Position numbers and translations under genes: made by a program. The notes under the pieces are model-generated. The model was not told where the DNA came from. It did no database searches and saw only the letters and a program-made list of their open reading frames with translations. DNA of 29,691 bases, from the NCBI GenBank assembly GCA_036517715.1, contig DATDUL010000066.1:1-29691 (forward strand). Direction: 5' to 3'. This document shows positions 7,755 to 15,189 of this stretch, piece after piece. Source of the stretch: Minisyncoccota bacterium. Its GTDB lineage: Bacteria > Patescibacteriota > Minisyncoccia > Phycocordibacterales > UBA9973. The first letter of the stretch is position 1. Every line of letters begins with the position of its first letter.

Positions 7755-8672
7755 ATGATTAAATTCATTCGCATATTTCTATTGGTTTTAATAATTATCG
7801 GGCTTGGGCTTTTGGCAACGTATAAAATGTGGGTGCCGAAGTTGGTGGACAGGATTGTGGCAGGTGAAAGCAAACAAAGCGAACAGGTTCCATCGGTGCC
7901 GGTGGTTGTTCCAGAGAAGTACAGCTTCACCGAAGGCAGGAAGTGTTATGCATACAGCCACGCTGCCACCGCAGACGCTCCGTACGCGGTCAACGAATGG
8001 CTCGACATTACTATTTCTGGAGACAAGGTTACCGGTACGAAGTCCGGCACCCAGAAAGGCCCAGACATGACCAACGGCTACCAGGGCACCATCTCGGGTA
8101 CTGTAGTAGGAGGCATCATGAACGCAGTCTTTGCTTACACTGTGGAAGGTTCAGCTAACAAAGAGCAAGAAATTTACCACGCATCTGCTGACGGCTTAGA
8201 AAAGTATCGCTACCCATTACTCGAGCAGGGTGGCATGTTGGTGCCAGACCAGACCAAGGATTATACGAAGTTAAATTATGTGCATACTGACTGCAAACAG
8301 TCCACCGACTTCGAAGGTGAGGCAGACCCAACTCGGATGAAGCTCGACATGCAGACTTGGAAATGGATCAGAACCGACTACAATGACGGCACAGTGGTGG
8401 CTCCTCGCACGCAAGGTAAATTCAACCTGACTATCAAAAATGATAAAACTTTTTCTGCTTCCACAGACTGCAACGGTGTGGGTGGGGAATACACAGTGAA
8501 GGGCAAGCAAATTACTTTCGAGCGGATGATGTCTACCATGATGTATTGCGAGGGTTCCCAAGAAGCAGAGTTTGCAAAAATGCTAGCTGATACCCAAAGC
8601 TACCTCTTCACCTCCAGGGGTGAATTGGTACTAAATCTGAAGTATGACAGCGGTTCAATGATTTTTAGATAG
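7755..8672 (+). CDS. Membrane-anchored protein with C-terminal META (HslJ-like) domain, 305 aa
   Basis: N-terminal TM; C-terminal W.W....F.L...K.FS..TDCN...G.Y....QITF..M.ST.MYC..S.E..F...L pattern of META domains. Confidence 0.8.
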   Translation: MIKFIRIFLLVLIIIGLGLLATYKMWVPKLVDRIVAGESKQSEQVPSVPVVVPEKYSFTEGRKCYAYSHAATADAPYAVNEWLDITISGDKVTGTKSGTQKGPDMTNGYQGTISGTVVGGIMNAVFAYTVEGSANKEQEIYHASADGLEKYRYPLLEQGGMLVPDQTKDYTKLNYVHTDCKQSTDFEGEADPTRMKLDMQTWKWIRTDYNDGTVVAPRTQGKFNLTIKNDKTFSASTDCNGVGGEYTVKGKQITFERMMSTMMYCEGSQEAEFAKMLADTQSYLFTSRGELVLNLKYDSGSMIFR

Positions 8673-8721
8673 TGTTATGCTAGAATTGAATTATTAATAA
8701 GTTTCTTAAATTAATTAAAAT

Positions 8722-8937
8722 ATGAAAACAATAACATGTAGGGCTATGGGTGGTATGTGCGATGAGCCAATATCAGGAAGCACCCCAGACGAATTGATGG
8801 GCGCAGGTATGGTGCACCTAGAAGCAGCACATCCAGAAATGGCAGAGTCTGTAAAAGCTATGCCAAAGGATGATCCAGCAATGGTAAAGTGGAGCGAAGA
8901 CTTCATGAAAACCTGGGAAGCTACTCCAGAGATGTAA
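8722..8937 (+). CDS. DUF1059-like small protein, 71 aa
   Basis: MKTITC..MGG.CD..I.G.T.DELM..G..H...AH motif; promoter TGCTAGAAT at 8678-8686. Confidence 0.8.
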   Translation: MKTITCRAMGGMCDEPISGSTPDELMGAGMVHLEAAHPEMAESVKAMPKDDPAMVKWSEDFMKTWEATPEM

Positions 8938-8952
8938 CAAATTATCTTCTAG

Positions 8953-8981
8953 AAAAACACCCTCCTTCGAGGGTGTTTTTT
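8953..8981 (+). terminator. Intrinsic terminator
   Basis: aaaaacaccctc-cttc-gagggtgtttttt. Confidence 0.85.
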
Positions 8982-9024
8982 AGTTAGAAGGAATATATAT
9001 CGAAAAGAGAGTATAATAACAAGT

Positions 9025-9795
9025 ATGAATCTTCGTAAGTTTTTTATAGGTAGGGGTATTGGTTTTCTGATAATTCTCATCCTGGCACTCTTGGTGGGTG
9101 GATTCTATGCTTTAAATTCTTATATCTATAACCAGAAACAAGCACCGAACGGGCAAGATATATTACCAAACCAAGAAACCGAATACGTGTCCTATAAAAG
9201 TTCAGAGTACAGTCCCGAATTTGTGTATCCCAAATCTTGGGGAGAAGTCGTAATAAAAGAAGGAAATAAAACCTGCCCCGAAGAAGACGCGTACCGTACT
9301 GTCGACACACTCAGCGTTTTTGATTGGGAATATTTTTTTTCCGAAATGAAGCTTCCAAACTCGGACAGCATGATTCGTACTGGTGTGCGTCTACGAGAGC
9401 TTGATCCCAAGAATTTAAATACCTGCGGAGATGAGTTTTTATACAAAGTCGCGACAAAGGAGATAGATCCGCGAGTTATTTCTTCGGTTATGTTGCAACC
9501 CATAACAAACAAAGCTGGTCTGTCGGGGATATATACTATTGAAGCAAGTCGGCTCAATACCGAGTCCAGGAGGCAATATACATTTTTTATGAACAAAGAT
9601 TCTAGGATTTATATCCTACAACCGTACATGAGTTTCATCCCATATTTCGATTCTCCAGAGTTAAAAGAAATGGAAGGGAAGTTTGGTGGAGATATGAGAA
9701 ACTACCTAGAGAAAGGGATTACAGCAGAAAATATACGGAATAAATTTGAGGAGTTTCGCGTAATTTCTGAGAGTTTGAAATTTACTGGAGAATAA
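9025..9795 (+). CDS. Hypothetical membrane-anchored extracellular protein, 256 aa
   Basis: N-terminal TM (LLVGGFYALNSYIYN); TATAAT at 9012-9017, 7 nt before ATG. Confidence 0.7.
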   Translation: MNLRKFFIGRGIGFLIILILALLVGGFYALNSYIYNQKQAPNGQDILPNQETEYVSYKSSEYSPEFVYPKSWGEVVIKEGNKTCPEEDAYRTVDTLSVFDWEYFFSEMKLPNSDSMIRTGVRLRELDPKNLNTCGDEFLYKVATKEIDPRVISSVMLQPITNKAGLSGIYTIEASRLNTESRRQYTFFMNKDSRIYILQPYMSFIPYFDSPELKEMEGKFGGDMRNYLEKGITAENIRNKFEEFRVISESLKFTGE

Positions 9796-9813
9796 ATTGT
9801 AATAGAAATTAAA

Positions 9814-9848
9814 GAACGGGATTGCTTGTTAAACAAGCAATCCCGTTC
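9814..9848. repeat. 35-bp perfect palindrome between convergent genes, probable bidirectional terminator
   Basis: gaacgggattgcttgtt-a-aacaagcaatcccgttc: 17-bp arms around a single base. Confidence 0.75.
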
Positions 9849-9861
9849 GTGTTTTAGGCAC

Positions 9862-10062
9862 TCAATGGTACCTTCTTTTTGTGCCCTGAGGGCGTTTTGT
9901 GCGGTATTTGTCCATACCGCATCGGCCGTGTTTTGCGGGGGAGTTTGATTTTTGATGGTAACCAGCACCGCGGGGACCGCCGTTATTGCCGACAGAGGCG
10001 CAGTTTTGGGTGGATAGGGAAAGGATGGACAAAAGACCGAAGAGAAGCAGGAACTGTTTCAT
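9862..10062 (-). CDS. Putative small exported basic peptide, 66 aa
   Basis: MKQFLLLFGLLSILSLSTQNC signal-like start, Arg/Lys-rich tail; strong upstream promoter and downstream hairpin; coding status unproven (ORF track starts at 10119). Confidence 0.45.
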   Translation of the reverse strand: MKQFLLLFGLLSILSLSTQNCASVGNNGGPRGAGYHQKSNSPAKHGRCGMDKYRTKRPQGTKRRYH

Positions 10063-10163
10063 GTGCAATGAAAATTGTTTTAAGTGAAAAGTTTCCAGAA
10101 AGCCCATAAAGATAGGCACTTTGGGAACTGTTCACTATTTTTAAAGAGCGAAATAACTAATAT

Positions 10164-10192
10164 ATTGTACCATAGATATACTATAAAGTCAA
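10164..10192 (-). promoter_or_regulatory. Near-consensus sigma70 promoter TTGACT-N17-TACAAT with TG extension
   Basis: Minus strand ttgact-ttatagtatatctatgg-tacaat. Confidence 0.8.
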
Positions 10193-10213
10193 GAATAGTA
10201 AAAACCACGAAAG

Positions 10214-10222
10214 TGTTAGAAT
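10214..10222 (+). promoter_or_regulatory. Extended -10 promoter TGTTAGAAT, 6 nt before ATG 10229
   Basis: tgttagaat-tcaaga-atg. Confidence 0.7.
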
Positions 10223-10228
10223 TCAAGA

Positions 10229-10477
10229 ATGTTCTTCGTATACATACTGGAATGCGCTGATGGCACGCTCTATACCGGCTCGACGAATGACTTAGAGAAA
10301 AGGCTCCACGCCCACAACCACCTCAAATCCGGCGCCCACTATACCAAAATCCGTAGGCCCGTGGTGCTGAAATACAAGGAGGAGTTTAAGAGTTTTGCGG
10401 AGATGAGAACTCGAGAAAATGAAATTAAGAAGTTAAGCAAAATAGAAAAGTTGAAGTTAATTAAGAATAAAAAATAA
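10229..10477 (+). CDS. GIY-YIG nuclease family protein (UPF0213/YhbQ-like), 82 aa
   Basis: FVYILECADGTLYTGSTNDLEKRL..HN...GA.YTK.RRPV.L.Y.E....A...RE..IKKL. Confidence 0.9.
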   Translation: MFFVYILECADGTLYTGSTNDLEKRLHAHNHLKSGAHYTKIRRPVVLKYKEEFKSFAEMRTRENEIKKLSKIEKLKLIKNKK

Positions 10478-10488
10478 ATAAATTTTCT

Positions 10489-10968
10489 ATGTCCATTCAT
10501 CCAGAAGTCACAATAGGACACGTGCATTTGACGGTCGGAGACTTGGACAGGTCGCTGGCTTTTTATCGTGATCTTCTTGGGTTCGAGGTGACTGCTCGGT
10601 ACGGCACGTCTGCCGTGTTCCTGTCTGCGGGAGGGTATCATCATCACATAGCGCTGAATACTTGGGCAGGCAAAGGAGCAACCCCTCCACCAGCGGGGCA
10701 CACAGGGCTTTACCACTTTGCTATTTTATATCCTACTCGCATAGAACTCGCGACAATACTGCAGAAGCTCATCGACGCAGGGTATCCACTCACTGGAACT
10801 GCAGACCACGGAGTATCCGAGGCATTATATCTGAATGATCCCGACGGCAACGGCGTGGAGCTATACGCAGACCGACCGCGCAGTGAATGGACGGTGAATA
10901 ATGACGGGGAAGTAGAGATGGTTACCATGCCACTAGATATAGAGAATTTACTAGCGGAGATTAATTAG
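10489..10968 (+). CDS. VOC/glyoxalase family protein (CatE-like single domain), 159 aa
   Basis: IGHVHLTV.DL.RS..FY...LG, GGYHHHIALNTW, GLYHFAIL, DHGVSEALYL.DPDGNGVELY.DRP. Confidence 0.9.
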   Translation: MSIHPEVTIGHVHLTVGDLDRSLAFYRDLLGFEVTARYGTSAVFLSAGGYHHHIALNTWAGKGATPPPAGHTGLYHFAILYPTRIELATILQKLIDAGYPLTGTADHGVSEALYLNDPDGNGVELYADRPRSEWTVNNDGEVEMVTMPLDIENLLAEIN

Positions 10969-10976
10969 TCTATATT

Positions 10977-10985
10977 TGTTATAAT
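10977..10985 (+). promoter_or_regulatory. Extended -10 promoter TGTTATAAT, 6 nt before ATG 10992
   Basis: tgttataat-ttactt-atg. Confidence 0.75.
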
Positions 10986-10991
10986 TTACTT

Positions 10992-11300
10992 ATGAAAAAA
11001 CCATTCTTATTTGCTCTATGCGCAGCTGTATATATAGTCTTTATTGTTTCTGCTATCAACTTTGTCAGCTCACTCCCGGTTTTCCAGGGCGTAGAAGGAG
11101 AAGATAACCTACTTATGCCGATGACGATGTTGGCGCTTTTGGTCCTGTCTGTTGCGTTGATGGGGTTTCTTTTCCTATCTCAGCCAATACTGCTTTATAT
11201 AGAAGGGGACAAAAAAGGTTCAGTGAATTTCTTCCTCAAAACCCTGGGATTCTTTGCTTGTTTTGTACTGGTATTTATTGTCATAATGTTTTTACTTTAA
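10992..11300 (+). CDS. Hypothetical three-TM membrane protein, 102 aa
   Basis: Three hydrophobic segments; own promoter. Confidence 0.75.
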   Translation: MKKPFLFALCAAVYIVFIVSAINFVSSLPVFQGVEGEDNLLMPMTMLALLVLSVALMGFLFLSQPILLYIEGDKKGSVNFFLKTLGFFACFVLVFIVIMFLL

Positions 11301-11315
11301 GCTCAAACATCGTTT

Positions 11316-11903
11316 ATGAAATTTTTACTTACATCGGTATATTCCAAAATAGGGGATAAGCTACTAAGCATTATTAACGATAAGCCCGAAAATATTACAA
11401 TTGCTTTTGTAGCAACTGCTGCAGATGTGTACGAAGATAAATGGTTTGTGGATTCAGATAGAGACAAATTGAGAGAGCAAGGTTTTAAAACCAAAGAAAT
11501 AATTTTATATTCAAAAAACGCTGAGCAGTTAGAAAAAGAAATATCAAATTGCTCGGTTATATTTGTTGCTGGAGGGAATGTTTTTTATTTATTGCAAGAG
11601 GTTAGGAAAAGTGGTTTTGATATAGTGATGGATCGGTTTCTAGATAAGGACATAATATATGTAGGTTCTAGCGCCGGTTCTATGCTTGTTGGTCCAAACA
11701 TAGAACTAGCAAACGAGCTCGACGACCCAGACAAAGCACCTGAATTGAAAGACTACACAGGATTAAACCTAATTGATTTTATTGTTCTGCCTCATTACGG
11801 CACACCGAAACGCGAGAAAAAGTATCAGAAAATTATGGATAAAGCTGCTTCGTTGAGTTTTAAAACCAAAACTTTAAAAGATGATGAATATGTACTAGTT
11901 TAG
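11316..11903 (+). CDS. Peptidase S51 (PepE-like, class I glutamine amidotransferase-like), 195 aa
   Basis: IFVAGGNVFYLL, YVGSSAGS nucleophile elbow, VLPHY. Confidence 0.85.
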   Translation: MKFLLTSVYSKIGDKLLSIINDKPENITIAFVATAADVYEDKWFVDSDRDKLREQGFKTKEIILYSKNAEQLEKEISNCSVIFVAGGNVFYLLQEVRKSGFDIVMDRFLDKDIIYVGSSAGSMLVGPNIELANELDDPDKAPELKDYTGLNLIDFIVLPHYGTPKREKKYQKIMDKAASLSFKTKTLKDDEYVLV

Positions 11904-11909
11904 TAGTAA

Positions 11910-12197
11910 CTATTTATCCAGCTTTTTGTAGATTTTGCCGGTGATGATGAGAATTAGGATTCCGGTAACAAGTAGATAGATAGGGTTGATATCGAGGAGG
12001 CCGGTCATGCGTAGGGCACCTTTCAATCCTTCATGGAGGGCTGTCACCCCAACTAGAATCAAAAGTCCGAAAGTAATGGGGTATCTATGAAAGACTCTCT
12101 TGGCGCGGGACGCCATGGCGTCATTTAACTGGCTTGATAATTTCTCCAAATGTCGGAGAATATCTAAATGAATTTGGCTCTGATCTTTTTGGTCCAT
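11910..12197 (-). CDS. Hypothetical two-TM membrane protein, 95 aa
   Basis: Coiled N-terminus, RYP.TFGLL..GV..L..G, second TM; TAATGT 6 nt before ATG. Confidence 0.7.
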   Translation of the reverse strand: MDQKDQSQIHLDILRHLEKLSSQLNDAMASRAKRVFHRYPITFGLLILVGVTALHEGLKGALRMTGLLDINPIYLLVTGILILIITGKIYKKLDK

Positions 12198-12230
12198 GCT
12201 GTTACATTAGTATAAAAGTTACTTTTTATC

Positions 12231-12262
12231 AATAAAAATATTGAGGGTAGTCCTCAATATTT
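12231..12262 (-). terminator. Intrinsic terminator of the nitroreductase gene
   Basis: Minus strand aaatattgagg-actac-cctcaatattt followed by ttatt. Confidence 0.7.
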
Positions 12263-12902
12263 ACAAAACCTCGACTACTTCATCGAATTCTCTGCGGACC
12301 TTGGGGCGCAGGCTGGCAGGGTCTGTGCCACGGTAGCCGAGGGCGAGCATTGTTAGCGATTTTAGATTTTTATCTTTGAGTCCGAGTAGTTCATCTACTG
12401 CTACAGGGTCAAACCCTTCCATGGGTCCGTTGTCGATGCCGAGGAGTGATGCAGTTTCAATCATCATGCCGAGAGGTATGTATGATTGCGAACGCACCCA
12501 GGATTCTAAGCTCCCTTCAGAATCTTTCTTTGCGATTGTGCTCTCAATTGATTTTTTGAGTCCATCTAATTCTTCTATTTTTTGATTTTGAATTTTTGCT
12601 GTACGTTCGAGTCTTTCTCGGGTGATATTTTCTTTTACATCTGTGCGGTAGGTTATCAATATCAAGTGAGAAGCTTCAGTCATCTTCGGCTGTTTACCAA
12701 CCCGGGCTCGCAATTCTGGGTTTTTAATTACAAAAAACTTCCATGGTTCAATGCCAAATGGGCTAGGGGACAGTCTAGCTGACTCGAGTATGGTGTGAAT
12801 ATCTTCTTCGCTTACTTTTTTACTCGGGTCGAATACTTGGGTAGCGTAGCGCCAGTTTAATGTAGTTAGGATTTCTTCTCTTTTTTCTTTGTTGTTTTTC
12901 AT
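12261..12902 (-). CDS. Nitroreductase family NAD(P)H-dependent oxidoreductase (NfsB-like), 213 aa
   Basis: LNWRYATQVFD, LSPSPFGIEPWKF, LGID.GPMEGFD, LALGYR...R.KVRR FMN-binding motifs. Confidence 0.9.
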   Translation of the reverse strand: MKNNKEKREEILTTLNWRYATQVFDPSKKVSEEDIHTILESARLSPSPFGIEPWKFFVIKNPELRARVGKQPKMTEASHLILITYRTDVKENITRERLERTAKIQNQKIEELDGLKKSIESTIAKKDSEGSLESWVRSQSYIPLGMMIETASLLGIDNGPMEGFDPVAVDELLGLKDKNLKSLTMLALGYRGTDPASLRPKVRREFDEVVEVL

Positions 12903-12906
12903 AGAC

Positions 12907-12940
12907 TTGACTTAGTTTTATTATGGGTATATATTCATAA
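12907..12940. promoter_or_regulatory. Divergent promoter region with a 20-bp imperfect palindrome (operator candidate)
   Basis: TTGACT(12907-12912)-N17-TATATT(12930-12935) on +; TTATG-gg-TATATA-tt-CATAA at 12921-12940 overlaps the -10. Confidence 0.6.
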
Positions 12941-12987
12941 TATACCAGGTCGAGATTAAAAGCAAGTTTCAAGTTTTAGAAATCAAA

Positions 12988-13266
12988 ATGGTTAGACCAA
13001 AGTGTGACAAAAAAGTGGGTCCATGCCCTAAATATGAAGAGTTTAAACCAGAAGGTTGCCCCAAAAGCATGGAGGTTGTGGAAATAGCTCGCGAGGAAGC
13101 AGAAGCCCTGCGTTTGAAAAATATAGTGGGATTAGATCAAAAAGAATCTGCCAAGAAAATGGGAATTTCGCAAAGCACTTTTCAGAGAATTTTGACGGTG
13201 GCGTATAAAAAAGTTTCCCAGGCATTGATCGAGGGTAAAATTATTAAATTAAATAAAGATAAGTAA
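12988..13266 (+). CDS. DUF134 (UPF0251) predicted DNA-binding protein, 92 aa
   Basis: MxRPK..K.V...P....FKP.G, EEAEALRL....GLDQ.E.A..MGISQSTFQRIL..A.KKV..ALIEGK.I. Confidence 0.9.
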   Translation: MVRPKCDKKVGPCPKYEEFKPEGCPKSMEVVEIAREEAEALRLKNIVGLDQKESAKKMGISQSTFQRILTVAYKKVSQALIEGKIIKLNKDK

Positions 13267-13271
13267 ATTAT

Positions 13272-13628
13272 ATGGAAAATACAAAAATGTGGATTGAGGG
13301 TTTAACAAAAATGGTCCAAGAGGGAAAGATTTTAGAAGCTTTCGAGCAATACTATGCAGATGATGTAACAATGCAAGAAAATGAAGACGCTCCGCGCGTG
13401 GGTAAAGATGCTAACAGGGCTTATGAAGAGGCTTTTGTAAACGGTGTCGTGGAAGTCCATGCCATGAAAGTGCTCGGTATTGCAGTAGGGGAAAACTATT
13501 CAACGACGGAGACCTTTATGGATGTGACTCACAAAGACTGGGGACGTATCGCTCGCACTCAGGTATCTGTTGCTCACTGGAAGGATGGTAAAGTAATCAG
13601 CGAAAAGTTTTACTACAATACAAAATAA
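13272..13628 (+). CDS. SnoaL-like / NTF2 family protein, 118 aa
   Basis: EAFE.YYADDV.MQENE..PR.GK.AN...E, Q.SV..WKDGK.I.EKFYY. Confidence 0.85.
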   Translation: MENTKMWIEGLTKMVQEGKILEAFEQYYADDVTMQENEDAPRVGKDANRAYEEAFVNGVVEVHAMKVLGIAVGENYSTTETFMDVTHKDWGRIARTQVSVAHWKDGKVISEKFYYNTK

Positions 13629-13651
13629 TTTTTCGGGTTGGTATGAATTTT

Positions 13652-13685
13652 AAAAGAGTAGAACCGTTTTTGGTTCTACTCTTTT
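13652..13685. terminator. Bidirectional terminator overlapping the 3' end of the convergent gene
   Basis: Perfect 14-bp arms aaaagagtagaacc-gttttt-ggttctactctttt. Confidence 0.85.
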
Positions 13686-14257
13686 CGTTGTTCACAGATT
13701 TTGATCAATTCCTCAAGTTGAGCCCTTTTTAAATAAAAGCGTTCAGCCTGTTTGCGTTTCCAGCTCGGTAAATGTTTCCTGCTTATGTTTACACTAGCAA
13801 GAAGCTCACAACCATAGCCGTGCTCTATGGTTATTTTGTCTGCACGGTATTCCATCCGAGCTCTACCTTTGGGAAAGAATACATACTGTACTCCCATCCA
13901 AAAGGAACCCAACCTTCCTCGACGTTCGTAGTCGACCACGTGCCCGAGTTCATGGGCGTACCATCCCAGGATGGCATCGGTCGACAGGGTGTCGACGAAT
14001 TGACTGTACATAGTGTCCGTAGATACGAACACTTTGTATTTCATTTTGCCCCAAAAGAAGCTACCGATGGTGGGGCGGACCCACATCATGTGTCTTTTTT
14101 TTGGTGTTAACACCAGTTCTATAGACACGGGTTCAAGTTCAGGATAGCCTTTACGTCCATCCTGAAAAATAGAATGCAGAGTGTCGGTTTTGGATACCTG
14201 TGCTGACAACAGGCTGGCGCTCAATATTAGTGCCAAAGTGGAAAGTATTTGTCGCAT
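13676..14257 (-). CDS. Secreted HExxH zincin-like putative metallopeptidase, 193 aa
   Basis: Signal peptide (..LLSA/QV), ILGWYAHELGHVVDY, and downstream E..AD third-ligand motif (MEYRAD). Confidence 0.7.
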   Translation of the reverse strand: MRQILSTLALILSASLLSAQVSKTDTLHSIFQDGRKGYPELEPVSIELVLTPKKRHMMWVRPTIGSFFWGKMKYKVFVSTDTMYSQFVDTLSTDAILGWYAHELGHVVDYERRGRLGSFWMGVQYVFFPKGRARMEYRADKITIEHGYGCELLASVNISRKHLPSWKRKQAERFYLKRAQLEELIKICEQRKE

Positions 14258-14374
14258 AGTAAAGAGCTTTGGTTCTACTAAAGTATTTGGTGTTCTTGTG
14301 TATAAATATAGGTGTCGTCAAATAACCCATAATAAACAAAGATTTTCTAGTTTTTTGGTGAATTATAATGGAGA

Positions 14375-14383
14375 TGGTATAAT
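14375..14383 (+). promoter_or_regulatory. Extended -10 promoter TGGTATAAT, 68 nt before the YceI-family ATG
   Basis: Exact motif; leadered transcript. Confidence 0.65.
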
Positions 14384-14451
14384 ACCTTTTATCGTAGTTT
14401 TGTTTTTATTAGTAATCAAGAGCAAGGCGGAAAGCTTTGCTTATTTAAATC

Positions 14452-15135
14452 ATGCAAAAAAATATAGGAATCGTTGTTTTTGTAATAGCAGTATTAGTAG
14501 GAGGTTGGTATATGATGTCGGCTAACAAAAATATGGAGGAGCCAATAACAGAGGAAAGTAATCAGGTTACTGAAAACGAAGTAGTCACAGAAACTCAGAC
14601 ACAGCAGAAAGTTTTAAACATCGTATCAGCGGAGTCAAAAGCTACTTATGACATTAACGAAGTTTTGAAAGGTAAGAAGACTCACGTAACAGGAAATTCT
14701 CAAGCTCTAACAGGTACTGTTACCGTTGACCCTACTTCCAACAAAATAGTAGCTGGTGAAGTAAAGCTCGACGCTACAAGTTTCAAGACCGACATAGCAG
14801 CGCGTGATGGTAATGTGAAGACTCTCATCTTGAAGGCTGATCAACCAGGTAATGAATTTATTGTATTTACTGCAACCAGCATCGAAGGTGGATCTGATGC
14901 AGTTCTCCCAGACACAGATTTCTCGGTCAAAGTTACTGGAAACATGACCATAGCAGGTGTTACCAAGCCTGTTACTTTTGACGGTATGGCAAAGTTGGGG
15001 ACTGACCAAACTGTCACCATCAAGGCTGGTACTACACTCACATACGCAGACTTCGGACTCGCAATCCCAGACTTCCCATTCTTGGCAAACGTAGACAAGA
15101 CTGTAAAGCTTTCTGTCGAACTCGTAGCTCGGTAA
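14452..15135 (+). CDS. YceI family (lipid/polyisoprenoid-binding) membrane-anchored protein, 227 aa
   Basis: S.A.Y.I.E.L......V.G....L.G.V, F.TD...RD, G.MTI.GVTKPVTF, DFGL..P motifs. Confidence 0.85.
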   Translation: MQKNIGIVVFVIAVLVGGWYMMSANKNMEEPITEESNQVTENEVVTETQTQQKVLNIVSAESKATYDINEVLKGKKTHVTGNSQALTGTVTVDPTSNKIVAGEVKLDATSFKTDIAARDGNVKTLILKADQPGNEFIVFTATSIEGGSDAVLPDTDFSVKVTGNMTIAGVTKPVTFDGMAKLGTDQTVTIKAGTTLTYADFGLAIPDFPFLANVDKTVKLSVELVAR

Positions 15136-15189
15136 TATCCCTCTTTACCATAGCGTAATGGTAGTAACACTGGTTCGTCATAGTTGTGT

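Noticed and set aside
10229-10477. GIY-YIG as a homing endonuclease or intron ORF
   Set aside because: 82-aa stand-alone UPF0213-type protein with its own promoter; no interrupted host gene or DNA-binding extension.
6682-12255. Repeated mini-hairpin gagggtagt(t/c)ctc at 6682-6694 and 12243-12255 as a REP element
   Set aside because: Only two 13-nt copies, opposite orientation relative to their genes, no RAYT/TnpA seen; compatible with chance or terminator convergence.
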